Source: Piromyces finnis finn (Eukaryota > Fungi > Neocallimastigomycota). From it: a stretch of 64,000 bases of DNA. The translations under genes and the position numbers were made by a program. The notes under the pieces are model-generated. The model saw only the letters and a program-made list of their open reading frames with translations. It was not told the DNA's origin and did no database searches. The stretch spans positions 248,001 through 312,000 of the forward strand of contig MCFH01000038.1 in NCBI GenBank assembly GCA_002104945.1. Reading direction: 5' to 3'. Shown here piece after piece: positions 1 to 12,500 of this stretch; the stretch's first letter is position 1; every line of letters starts with the position of its first letter.

Positions 1-498
1 AGTGTTTTCAAAAACTGTGTATTGAGCACCATCAATGGTGAAATCACCATGTTTCTTATTACCAACCCAATCACCTGGACGATATTGACTAAGCCAGTTA
101 TCAACAATGTAGAATTCTACAAGTGGATTTCTGGTCCAACCGTAGATACCAACATAGGAATAATCGACATTGGCAATGTTTTGCTTGACAAGTTTGAAGT
201 CAGCATACATGTGACCAATTTGAGAATGAGATTGAGTACTGTCGAAGGAAAGACCGGAACGACATAAATAATCCTTAGCATTAGAGAAAGAACAAGAGAA
301 AGAACCATCAGAATAGAAAGTAGCACTGTTATTACCACTATCAGCCCACATTTCATAACCAACACCACCAATGGAACCAACCTTATTTCCGGTTTCCTTA
401 ACACTTTGACCAGAGTGAGAAGCACTGCTACAGAAGCTTTGAGCTAAAGCAGAAGTAGCAAAAGATAAAGCAACTGGAATGAATTGACTGAATTTCAT
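1..498 (-). CDS. xynA: GH11 endo-1,4-beta-xylanase, N-terminal part (runs off the window edge); tandem paralog of 3107-4270
   Basis: Manual translation from the ATG at 498 is open to position 1: MKFSQFIPVALSFATSALAQSFCSSASHSGQSVKETGNKVGSIGGVGYEMWADSG...RNPLVEFYIVDNW...TVFENT. It has a signal peptide and the GH11 nucleophile motif (PLVEFY) and is nearly identical to the downstream copy. Absent from the ORF track because it has no stop inside the window. Confidence 0.95.
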   Translation of the reverse strand, partial: MKFSQFIPVALSFATSALAQSFCSSASHSGQSVKETGNKVGSIGGVGYEMWADSGNNSATFYSDGSFSCSFSNAKDYLCRSGLSFDSTQSHSQIGHMYADFKLVKQNIANVDYSYVGIYGWTRNPLVEFYIVDNWLSQYRPGDWVGNKKHGDFTIDGAQYTVFENT

Positions 499-3106
499 TT
501 TTTATTATATATACAAATATTTAAAATTATTTAAAATTTAAATTTTATTTTTTATTAATTCAATTAATAAGTAATTATAATAAGTAATTATAATACAATT
601 AAAATGATACTATAATAAGAAATATTAATAAATATTAATACTAATGAATTAAAAAAAAAAGAATGAATTGATAAATTTGAAGGAAAAATTTGAAACTATT
701 TATACAATGAAATTTAAATCATCTCTACTAATCCTTTTTTGAAAATATTTTAAAAATTTCATTTATAAGCAGATTTAAATTAAAAATTCTAGATTTTAAT
801 TTATTTTCTCTAGGAAATACAATAATAATTTAAGTTTCAAATGAAAATAATTTATATTAAAATTTATGGTATTTATGGAGACATAGGAAGAGATAGGTTT
901 AAAAAAAATATTAAATTCTAAACAAAAAGAAATAATAATAATATTTGATATTATGAAAATTATCCCAATAAAAAACTATTAAACTTCACATTAACTCAAT
1001 CGATTTAATATAAATGATTTACTTTTTTTTTTTTTTTTTTTAATTAAAAAGGTAGATATAAAAAATCAATAGTAATATAGATAGAGAGATATTTTGAATA
1101 ACTTGTACGAATTTATTTCTTTTCTTTTAATGTATAGTGAATGAGTATATAATAAAGGTATAGTAAAAGTATATTAAATATTATATAAATATTAAATATT
1201 ATTTTAATCGTATTTATCATTTTATCACATCCCATCCTAACAAAAAAAGTATTCATAAAATATTTTATTCAATAACGGCATGCATTTAAAAAAAAATATT
1301 AACAAAACCAACATTATAAAACATTTGTACAACAACCAAGTTCTTTGATATTTTTTAAAATTAGTTATAAATGGTTACACACTAATAATATTGAAAAATA
1401 AACCAATAACTATTTTATATATATATATATATATTTAAAATTTAAATAAATTTTTAATTATTCTTTATTTATTTTTATTTTTATTATTTTTATTATTATG
1501 AGTAAACAATTTCTTTTTTCTATTTTATAAGGTTTGCTTTATAAACTTTATACCTTTTGGGTTTTTAATGTTTATTAATATCAGATATTAAAAAGTTGAA
1601 ACTTTTCTAATATAATAAATTAAATGTTAACAGTTTAATAGATTTGTTGTTTTCTTTAAATTTTAATTTAAAAAATAGTCTATTTTTAGTATCCTACTTT
1701 GTTTAATCTTTCTAAAGTTTTTAATAGTTAAACCTAAATAGTTTTATTTATAAATATTAATATATAATATGAATTTTTTCAACAAACCATTAAAAAAAGT
1801 TCATCATCATATTATTATTCTAATTATTAAACTTTTCTTTCATCATAAAAAAATATTAAAATATATTATCATAAATCATAAATCCATAATAATAAATTAA
1901 TAAATAAAATAATTATTTGAAAAGTTAAAAATTTGTGACAACTTTAACAACAATATTTAAATTTTATAAAAATTAAAGTTACATTATAGTTCTCATACCA
2001 TTAAAAAAAAAAAAAAGATGAAAAAAAGACCGCAAAAAAAGAAACTTAATCCATTGAGTTTTAAAAGTCTTTCCAATAAAAAAAATAATAAAAACATAAA
2101 GATTAATAAATTACAAATATATTTTTTATCTTAATATTACTAATGTATTAAATGTGTGAAGCTTTTTAATTCTTTTTCCTAGACTATAAGTTTATTATAA
2201 AAAATTTTTATTTTTTTATTATAATCTAATTTAATATATCTTAACTTGTGGATTTCCACATGCTCAATAATTAATTTATGTTATTAATTATATGTAATAC
2301 AATAATATTATTATTTATTAATTTCTCGATAAATTAAATAATTTCTAAAATAATACTAAAATGGATTGCTAAATAACTAAACAATAATAATAATAATAAG
2401 TTAATTTAATATGAATAAATAAAAAAAAAAAATGTTTCATATTTATGATACTCAATACATTATTATAATAGAAATTTCTACAGTCATGGTTTCAAAAAAC
2501 GGAATTTAGAGAATAGGAGAATAATGTAATTAGAACTGTTAAAATAATTATAATTTTTTATAAAAAATCAATTATTCCGATTAACACGGATTTTAACCAG
2601 GCTAAAAAATCCCTTAGCCATACTTTTGGCAAAACTCTTATTAAAATATCATTATTGCATTAATAATTAAAAGTATTAATTATTTATTAAATAACTAATT
2701 AAAATAATTTATCGTACATAATTTCACTCTATTTATTTTCATGATACTAAAAACTATTCATTTTAATTAGTACAGTGAAAATTCTTTAAATATAACAAAA
2801 ATTTAAAAAATTATTAGCAAATAAGTAATATATTAATATAGATAACTTTTTTTATATATATAATTAAATTATTGTTTTATTTATTATAATAAATATTTAT
2901 ATTTATATTATAAAAAAATTACATTATATAACAATTATAGGAAATATTAAATAACATATATATAATATCCCCATTTTAAATAGTAACATTGATTAAAAAA
3001 ATTTTTTTTTTAAAATAAAAAAACTAACATATAAATAAATATGCGTATATATACATAATCTTTATATAAATATATATAAAAGTTTTTATAATTTTTTGAT
3101 GAACAT

Positions 3107-4270
3107 TTAAAGTTGACATTGATGGAAGTATTCACTAACTACCTTACAAGAACCTTCGGAACAACATGATGAACCACTGTAACCAATACCACCACATTGA
3201 CCCCATAAACCAACACAGTTTTCATTAGTAGATGATGCAGCATTTTGTGGAATTTGGTTCCATTGGTTGTTGTTGTTTCCTTGATCCCATGGGTTACCAC
3301 CTTGGTTCCATTGGTTGTTGTTGTTGTTATTGTTGTTGTTCCATTGGTTGTTATTGTTGTTTCCTTGATCCCATGGATTACCACCTTGGTTCCATTGATT
3401 TCCTTGGTCAAAATTAATACCTTCATTGTTATTTTCTTGAACTGGAACATCTTGAGCTGGAATATCTTGAATTGGGGCATCTTGAGCTGGAGTGTCTTGA
3501 ACTGGAGTTGAATCAATACCAGCACTACCACCATTTCCTTGACCAATGTAAACTTTAGCATATGGGAAATCTGCGGTACCACTAGTACCTGCTCCATTAC
3601 TACCTGCTTCTCCTAAAACTTTAGCTTCATGCATTTTACCCATAGTCATACCAAGCTTTTCCCATTGAGCAAAGTGAGCTGAAATATCAATTGTACCACA
3701 ATCACGTGGAGTTTGACGAATACTAAAGTATTGTTTGAATTGAGTATCACCATCAATAGATGGTCCAAAACGAGTGTTTTCAAAAACTGTGTATTCAGCT
3801 CCATCAATAGTGAAATCACCATGTTTCTTATTACCAACCCAATCACCTGGACGATATTGACTAAGCCAGTTATCAACAATGTAGAATTCTACAAGTGGAT
3901 CTCTAGTCCAACCGTAGATACCAACATAGGAATAGTCGACATTAGAAATATCTTGTTTGACAAGTTTGAAGTCAGCATACATATGACCAATTTGAGAATG
4001 AGATTGAGTACTGTCGAAGGAAAGACCGGAACGACATAAATAATCCTTAGCATTAGAGAAAGAACAAGAGAAAGAACCATCAGAATAGAAAGTAGCACTG
4101 TTATTACCACTATCAGCCCACATTTCATAACCAACACCACCAATGGAACCAACCTTATTTCCGGTTTCCTTAACACTTTCACCGGTGTGAGTAGCGCCAG
4201 TACAAAAACTTTGAGCTAAAGCAGAAGTAGCAAAAGATAAAGCAACTGGAAGTAATTGAGTGAACTTCAT
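3107..4270 (-). CDS. xynA: Secreted GH11 xylanase with P/Q/D and N/Q/W-rich linker and C-terminal CBM1
   Basis: Likely start MKFTQLLPVALSFATSALA at 4270 (the ORF track extends to 4285). Catalytic motifs PLVEFYIVDNW and HEAKVLGEAG; resembles the Neocallimastix XynA catalytic domain. C-terminus WGQCGGIGYSGSSCCSEGSCKVVSEYFHQC is a fungal CBM1. Intronless. Confidence 0.95.
   Translation of the reverse strand: MKFTQLLPVALSFATSALAQSFCTGATHTGESVKETGNKVGSIGGVGYEMWADSGNNSATFYSDGSFSCSFSNAKDYLCRSGLSFDSTQSHSQIGHMYADFKLVKQDISNVDYSYVGIYGWTRDPLVEFYIVDNWLSQYRPGDWVGNKKHGDFTIDGAEYTVFENTRFGPSIDGDTQFKQYFSIRQTPRDCGTIDISAHFAQWEKLGMTMGKMHEAKVLGEAGSNGAGTSGTADFPYAKVYIGQGNGGSAGIDSTPVQDTPAQDAPIQDIPAQDVPVQENNNEGINFDQGNQWNQGGNPWDQGNNNNNQWNNNNNNNNNQWNQGGNPWDQGNNNNQWNQIPQNAASSTNENCVGLWGQCGGIGYSGSSCCSEGSCKVVSEYFHQCQL
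3254..3398 (-). repeat. Internal coding repeat of the xylanase linker (NQWNQGGNPWDQGNNNN twice)
   Basis: Two near-identical copies of ttccttgatcccatgg(g/a)ttaccaccttggttccattg separated by (TTG)n runs. Confidence 0.9.
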
Positions 4271-6346
4271 TTTTATTATTATCAAAAGTTTTTAACTTTT
4301 AAATATGAATCGGATAATATACAAGATTTTTTATAATATTCAAAAATAAAAAATATATTTATATAATAATATTTATAATACTCTATTTACAAATATATAA
4401 TAATATTATAAACAATGCTTTAATAGATATTTTTTTAAGAAAATTAGTGTCTATTTATATTTTTTTAAAAATAATGATAATAATAATATGGATGTAACTT
4501 TTAGGAAAAAAAAATAAAATTAATTTATCTTATATTATTATTATGTTTTAGTATAAATTAAACCTTTTTTTTTTATTTTATTTTTTTTTTTGGAGATCAA
4601 ATTTTAAATTAAAAAAAAAAGTTATTTGTTAATAAATAATATTAATTATAAAATGGTAAATTAAGTAAATCCATAAAATCATAGAATAATAATTAATTTT
4701 TTTATTTAAAATATTTAAACTATTTAAAATGCCATGGAGACATATTCACTTTTTTAAAGATAATTAAATAAAAAAATAAAAAATTAATGGTTAAAAACAT
4801 GAAACAAATAAAAATAATTTTGGTCCAATGGATTCAATACTACTGAATATCTAGGCAATTTTATTCTTTTTTTTTATAAAAAAAATTATAAAAGGTAATA
4901 TTATAGAGATTTAAATATTTAAATAGTTGTAGAATTAAAAAAAATAGTATAGATAAAACTATTAATTGCAATGATTATAACATTATTTATTAAATATTTT
5001 TTATTTAAAAAATATATATATATTAATAGACATTACTTTTAATCTAACAACTTTTAGCTAAAAAAAAAAAAAAATTAAATTGGTGATTTTCATTGGTAAA
5101 TCAATTCATTTTACACAATTAATTTAAATGCGGCCTTTTTTTAATTTTAAATAATAACATTATAATAATAGTAAGTAATAATATTATGATTAGAGTTTAT
5201 TATAAAAGAAGAAAAAGAAAAAAAAAAAGATTAATAATTCTTTGTCACACTTTTTTATTTTTATATCATTTGTCTAATTTTAATAAATAGTTTTATTTAA
5301 AAATACTTAATAGTTAACCTTTTTATAAAAATTTAAAAATAGATAATTTTTAATTAAAAAATAATTAATTATAAAGGCATAAAAATGTTTCATGTTTTTA
5401 AAAGGTAAAAAATGAATTAAGAAAAAATATTTACTAATATACCAAACCACAAGCACCACTTTAAGAAAAATTAATCTACCAACCAACCGTTGTTCTACAA
5501 ACCAAAAATCAGTTGGTTGTTATTGTTGCATTTAAAAAATAAATAATATCAATATTAACCTCTTTTAAACTATCACCCAAAAAATTAATATTCCTAAAGA
5601 TGAAAAAAGATTTACCGCTGTTGAAAAACGAATAGATTAAGTCTGATTAAATAATGAAAAAAAATAAACTACTAACTGAAATATAAAATAATTATTAAAA
5701 TTATTAAATAATGATTTGTTACACTATGGAATTATATTTATTATACATCACATAGCCTATTACTGTTTTTTTAATATCCTTTATATTATTATTATGTTTA
5801 ATCTATTTAGTATTATAATATGTTATATATGTTGTTGTTGTTGTTATTATTATCTTATTATATGTCATCAAGGATGAATTATTAGCTGAATTATTAAGAA
5901 ATTATAAACTTTTATTTTATTTAAATAACGAATTGCAATCTATATCTCATAAATATTTATTTTCATGGGACATTTCATTAAGAGAAATATTGATTTTTTT
6001 ATTATTTCTTATTTTCGATAATTTATAAAAAAAATATTGAATATAAAAATAACCCATTTAAAATTTAATAATTAGTAAGCTATGAAATTATAAAAATATA
6101 GAAATCCAAGAATCCAATACATAAAATAGATAAAATAAAATAGAAAATATTAGACTTTAAATTTATATATCTATATTTGTGGATATTTATGGACACATAA
6201 TTTTATTCATCTACAACATATATATGTATATGTTTGTGTGCACGTGATTGATCAATTAATAAAGATGTAAATATATATTGTGTTGTAAACGTAATGTCTA
6301 CGTATTTTAGAGATAGCTATATTTTATTTATTTTATTTTATTTTCT

Positions 6347-6470
6347 ATAAGGTTAGGTGACCATAACCTTACATTTCATTATATAGCAGTAATATTTACA
6401 ATGTAACTTTTTCTCTTTGATAACCTTATGAATAAAATTATTTATTAATTAAATTTATTTCACAATCTTA
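6347..6470. repeat. Short palindromic dispersed repeat, copy 1 (MITE-like)
   Basis: Inverted repeats ATAAGGTTA (6347-6355) / TAACCTTAT (6421-6429), with internal TTACATT/AATGTAA. A diverged direct copy lies at ~7458-7560. Confidence 0.5.
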
Positions 6471-7198
6471 TTTGTTAATATGAAATATAAAATTTTGTAT
6501 AAAGTCATTGTATAATAATTTGGTATTTCGTTATTTTTAATACTTTGTTAGCATTAAAAGCATAATAAGAAAAAAAAGAGTTTTGTAATAAAAGATTATT
6601 ATAAATAATGTACAAATCATTCTTATCATGATTAATTGTAACAATTTTTTTTCTTTATTTGAATTATTACTTCTACAAATAATTTGTTACAAGTTCATAA
6701 TAAAAAGTATACTTTTAAACCAGAGCTACTTTTGATAAGTTAGGAAATATTTTATTTAAAAGGTTACCATATTTAATTTATATTTTAATGATTTAACCCT
6801 TTTACATTAATAATGTATAAAAAGGTTTAATAATTATTTATAGTCCTATAATCTTTTTATCTAATATATTTTTATTTATTTATCATTATTACTATTGTTA
6901 TTATTGTTATTATTGTTATTGGTGGAATTAAAAGAGTAAAATTGGTGTTCATTTCTAAATTAAATTTTTTAAATATATTAGAAAAACACAAAGTAGAAAT
7001 ATTAAAATACTATTAAAGGTTAAAAGTGAATACTAAAAAAAAAATATATGATATATTATTTTATATTTATGAAAACATATTTTTATTTCCTTATATCATA
7101 TACTTATGAATATACACATGTGACCTAAATATAAATTTAAATATAAATATGCATTGAAAATGTTGTTAACATAATATCTACATGTTTTAGGGAGAGTT

Positions 7199-7414
7199 TT
7201 GCATTGTAGTTGTGAAATATCGTACAACGACATGCATCTAATGTACATGGATTAAGTGAGCGTCGAAGCTGAAAAAACAGTATGACAGACCAGGAGGGTC
7301 ACAACCACCTAGCAATAGGAATGAGCCAACATTTCTCTAAGAACCACCATTGGGGCTAACTCCGATTGATGGGAGAAATGCACTCGGAAGTTAAAAAAAA
7401 AAAAAAAAAAAAAA
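7199..7414 (+). mobile_element. 5'-truncated non-LTR retroelement / SINE-like insertion
   Basis: GC-richer island ending in GTT(A)22 (7393-7414). Flanked by TTAGGGAGAGTT (7187-7198) and TTAGAGAGAGTT (7415-7426), a 12-bp TSD with 1 mismatch. A 44-nt segment from ~7258 matches the LINE 3' region at ~49685 at 38/44 positions. Confidence 0.8.
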
Positions 7415-7457
7415 TTAGAGAGAGTTACTTTTTATTTATTTTATTTTATTCTTTTAT

Positions 7458-7560
7458 GGTTACATGACCAAACATCTCATTATATAACTGTAATATATAT
7501 ACAATGTAACCTTTTTTTTTTTGTTGACCTTTTGAATAAAATTTACTTCACAATATCTTC
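7458..7560. repeat. Short palindromic dispersed repeat, copy 2
   Basis: ggttacatgacca...tcattatataactgtaatat...acaatgtaacc...tgaccttttgaataaaattta aligns with 6351-6440. Inverted repeat GGTTACAT (7458-7465) / ATGTAACC (7504-7511). Confidence 0.5.
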
Positions 7561-7891
7561 ATTAAAATAAATAAGATACTAAGTTAAAAAAAGAATAAAA
7601 TTGAAAGCTCTATAAATAATATATATATATATATAATATTTATTTATTAAATATATTAATTAATAGAATTATAGAAGTTTATCTTTTTTTTTTTCTATAA
7701 GGAATAAATATAGTATTATTTCTAGGGATAGTTATATAGCAATAAATTGTTCTGTAATTAATTAAAAAAAAAAAAAAACAACATCATAAATATATAATTA
7801 ATTAAATGAGAAAATAAACGAATAGAAAAATAATATTTAATATTTATAGTTGTTATAGTTGTTAGCTTTTATTTTTTATTTTTATTTAATT

Positions 7892-7922
<31 letters not shown>

Positions 7923-8106
7923 TTTATTTATTTAAATTTAATTGAAAGAAAACAGAATTAGAAAAAGAATATATATTAAAAATAGTTTTGCTTTTTTTTC
8001 TTTCTTTTTCTTTTTTCTTAATTTTTCTCTAGTATAAATTTATAAATTTATATTTTCTTTTTCCTTTTTTTTTTTTTTTTTTTTTAAATAATCATATTTC
8101 AAAATG

Positions 8107-8137
<31 letters not shown>

Positions 8138-8139
<2 letters not shown>

Positions 8140-9568
8140 ATTTGTAGGCATCGCACCAATCTTTATAATCAATGCAATTAATGTATTTACACCATTTACA
8201 CTTTTGATTTTCAGAGTAAAAGGTTTTTATAACCCATTGAAAAACAAAAATGGTTACAAAAATAGAAACAATCATTGCTGATCTTTTAATACGAAGATCG
8301 GTTTTACTAAAGGAAATGGTTGGTAAAAATATTAAACCGGTCAAGATACCACTAATGAAACCACCAACGTGAGCTGAATTATCAATAAAACTACATAAAC
8401 CAATGGCAAAAGATGCTGCAATAATAATAAGCATTTTAACTAATTCCCTCCATGGATTGACAATAATTTTCCAACTTTGAATTAAATCAAGGAAAAGGCA
8501 TCCAATTAAACCGTATAAAGCACCAGAACAACCAACACTTGGTATTACAGAATTATAGGCACCAAAAATGAAACCAAAAATACCAGTAGCCATATAAATG
8601 ATACCTATTCTCCAGGTACCAAAATCTTTTTCCATATCAACACCAGTTCTAATTTGGAAGGTTAAATTGAAAAAAAGATGAAGTAAACCACTGTGTAAGA
8701 AAATAGGTAGAATAAAACGGTACCATTGATTTGGATATTCTCCTACTTCCATACCAAATCCACAATAGTCACTTAAACTACAAGCATTTGGTCCTTTAGA
8801 TCCTTTTAATTCAGGAATACAACTCCATGTTGCATTTGTTGAGTACTCTTCCATATTTTTCATACAAGGGGAATATCTAGCGCCCATATGAATTAAATGA
8901 ATAGCTTCTGGACCAATCATTATATTATGACTTGTATTAACTGGAGCGATAGGTGAACCACTGGTTTTAAAGTTAAGATATAAACTAATGATATAGGTCA
9001 ATATTTGAATAGCCGTAACAGCGTACATAAAGTATGGTGTATGTGTATGCATAGCTTCTAATTGTTTACGAACTTCTGGATCATATAAAACAGATGGTAC
9101 ATGTCCAATATCACCTTTTTTAGGTTTTTTGTCATCACCACCTTGATAGGCAGCTGTTTGAGGTTTTTTAATATTGTCACCGTACAAACCATCTGTATCT
9201 TCTAAATTAACATATTGACCATATTTGTCACCCTTTCTACTATTAGAATAGAGAGGGAGAGAATTTGCTGGTGTTGGTCTTCTAATACTTGGTCGAGTAG
9301 TTGGTCTTCTACTTAATGTTTTACTTCTTAATAATTTACCATCTGTTTGTTGATTTAATTTTCGAACGGTATCATTTCTTTGGAAAAAGGAAATACCTAC
9401 AGGTTTTGATTGACTAACATTTGTATCTTCAGCATTAACCCATTTCCAAGCGGTTGTACCAGATCTTTTTATTGTTTTAAAAGATTTCGAACTTTGAATA
9501 TTTTGTGTATAAGTAGTTGCACTTCTTTTTATAGTTTTAAAAGTAGTACTTCTTTTTATAGATTCCAT
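8138..9568 (-). CDS. Rhomboid-family intramembrane serine protease
   Basis: 476-aa intronless ORF with WYRFILPIFLHSGLLHLFFN, catalytic VGCSGALYG (GxSG), SAHVGGFISG (catalytic His) and several hydrophobic helices. Long basic cytosolic N-terminus and a Cys-rich L1 loop. Confidence 0.93.
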
Positions 9569-12500
9569 TTTTATTTATAAATACTATTCTATATTAAAAA
9601 ATTATGGTTTAAAGCTTTATTATATATTATTGATATTATTTTATAAATGTTTTTTTTTAATATTTAATATTATATTATATTAATTGTTTATATACAGTTT
9701 TAAGAATAAATTTCTTTTATTAATATGAATAAATTAATGTTTTTGGTTATTTAATATATATGTTTTATGATTTATTATTATTTTTATTTATTTTTTAAAA
9801 ATAAACGATGATTATTTCATTTAAAAAATAAATTATATTTAGTTGTTTATTATCTATACACTTTTATAGAATTTTTAATACTATAGGAAAATTAATATTT
9901 AAAAAAGAATGAGTAATTAGTAATTAATAGTTGGTTATAATAACTTATTATTATTATTATTGTACTATTGTATTACTGTATTATTGTAGTAATTGTTAAT
10001 ATGGACTACAATCAAATTATAAAAATGAATACTTCTTACCTTTTTTTTTTTTATAATATTATAATTTATATATATTGAAATTTTATATTAATAAATAATT
10101 TAATAGACTATTTTGTTTTGCTTTATTTTATATTATTTTTTTTCTATATAAATGTATGATATTATTTATTGATAGAATTGATTTCTTTTGTTTTTATATT
10201 TTATTTGATTGCTAAAAGTCTTTTTTCCTTTTTTAAAGAAAAAAGATTTTTTTTTATATTTTTTTGTCAATTTATCAATTTCCAATTTTTTTTTTGTACT
10301 TTTATCCATAAAACTTTAATTAATATAAAATAAATAAATAAATAAACAAATGATAAATAAATAAATAAATAACTTAATAAATACTAATGAATAAATCTAT
10401 AATAAATAAATAAATAAAATTTTTATAATAGGTGGGAAACTGTGAAAAAAGGAATGAACTAATATGCAAAGAATATTAAATCTTTATTATTGATTCTTTT
10501 AAATATTTTATATTTTATTTTCAAAAGTAATTTATCTTTTTATTATTATCTTATATATGATTTTAATTTTAGTTTTAGTTTTAGTTTTAGTTTGCTACTC
10601 AATTAATATTATTTTAGAATATTAGAATATATTCACAAGAGTATTCATTTTTTCTTTTTTTTCTTTTCACAAGATTGCGGAATGATTTTTTTTTTTTATT
10701 AATTAAACCTTGGTATATTAATAAATAAATTAATTAATAAATAAATAATCAAACTAGACGAATTATAAATGTTTCTTTTTGCACATTGCATAATAATAAA
10801 AAAAGCCAAGTATATCTATCAATTTATAAAATTCTACAATTATACGTAAAAAAAAAAAAAACTATTTTTTTTTATATTTTATAAACCTTTTATTTCTATA
10901 TGAAAATGGTTTTCTTCTTTCTATTCTTTATCATCGTGTTACACAAAAGTCCAAAGTTCACTTTAAATTAACTCAAAAAAAGAAACATTTTTAATAATAA
11001 ATTTTAAAAGATGATTGGTTTATTTTTTTTAATTGTATTTTAGAAAATTTTTTTGAGATTTTTTTCAATAAATAAATAAATAAATAAATTTCAGCCATGT
11101 CCATGACATGACATCAATGACGCGCATTTAAATAATAGAACAATTCAAGATAGTCTATAATACTATATATATTTATATTCTAAAACAATTTAATAATATC
11201 TATATTTGGTTTAATTTGTGGAAGAAAAGAATAAAGATCATTAAAAACCTTTTGCATAAACCTTTTTTATTATAATGAAAAATCTCATAAAAAAGCAAGA
11301 TTAAAATGTTATTCATTAACAAAAGATAAAAATATTGTATAGTGTAGACTTTTACAAAACAAGTTTATATAACAATAGCTATCTATATTTATAATAATAT
11401 TTATAATAATATAGATAATATTTCTTATGTAATTTAGATTAATAATAAATCATGCCTTTTTTTTTTAAATTTGATATTATTATTAGCCCTACTTGTAGGA
11501 CATTATTTTAACATTTTATATTTTAATTGTGGATATATAAATCAATGTGATATAAAGGAAGGTAGTAAATAAATAAATATTACATAAATACGTAACATAA
11601 TAATTTACATTTATAAATGTCTATTTTTTAAAATTGTTTTTTAATATAATATGAAGAGTATACTTTTATATAATATTTTGGTATTATTTATATGACTCAA
11701 CCGCGGTGTTATTTTTAATGATTCTTGAAATAATAAAATATACAACATACAATGTATTAATAATATTGTTGATTTTTAATTAAACCATTTTGTAGGTTAT
11801 ATATTTTATTAATAATTAAAAATATCATTAGGGTTCACTTTTTTTCTTTTTTAAATATCATTATTTACTTTTAAATTATAAAGTTTAAATTAAAACATAC
11901 AAATTTGCATTAATACATATTATTTACATAATTTATAAATAATACAGATATAAATTATAGTTTTTTTTTGTTAAATTAAAACCTTAAAAATAAATGTCAA
12001 TTAGTACCAAGATAGCATTATTTAACTATTATATTTTTTTTTTTTAAAAAAAACTTTAAAAATTAGTTATAAATTATGACAGTTTTTTTAATTTAGATAT
12101 CTTTTTGATTAAAACAATAATTTTTCATTTTATATATCTAATAGGTATAAAACTCTACCACCATCTGAAAGAATGAAATAAATCACCCTCACTTATTAAA
12201 AAAGAAAGAAAGTGGGGGTATTAACACATAGGGTATAACTTTTAAACATTTATATATTATTAGTAAAATAAAATTCATTATTAAAACTAATGTTAAATTG
12301 TTGAAAAAGAAAGATATTATTATATAATTTATAATTTGTATTGTAAAAATAATTGATATTATTTTAAATTTGGTATATACCATGCATTTATTGTTTTAGA
12401 TTGTTTATATTACAATAAATACATTCTTTATGCGATTTAGTATTTGTCAACCATTTATAGATTTAATGCGATGATCAAAGTATTAAATAGCATTCAAATA

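Noticed and set aside
22-4182. Overlapping ORFs 22-267, 117-425, 3139-3597, 3232-3511, 3713-4039, 3889-4182
   Set aside because: Alternative-frame or antisense shadows of the GC-richer xylanase genes.
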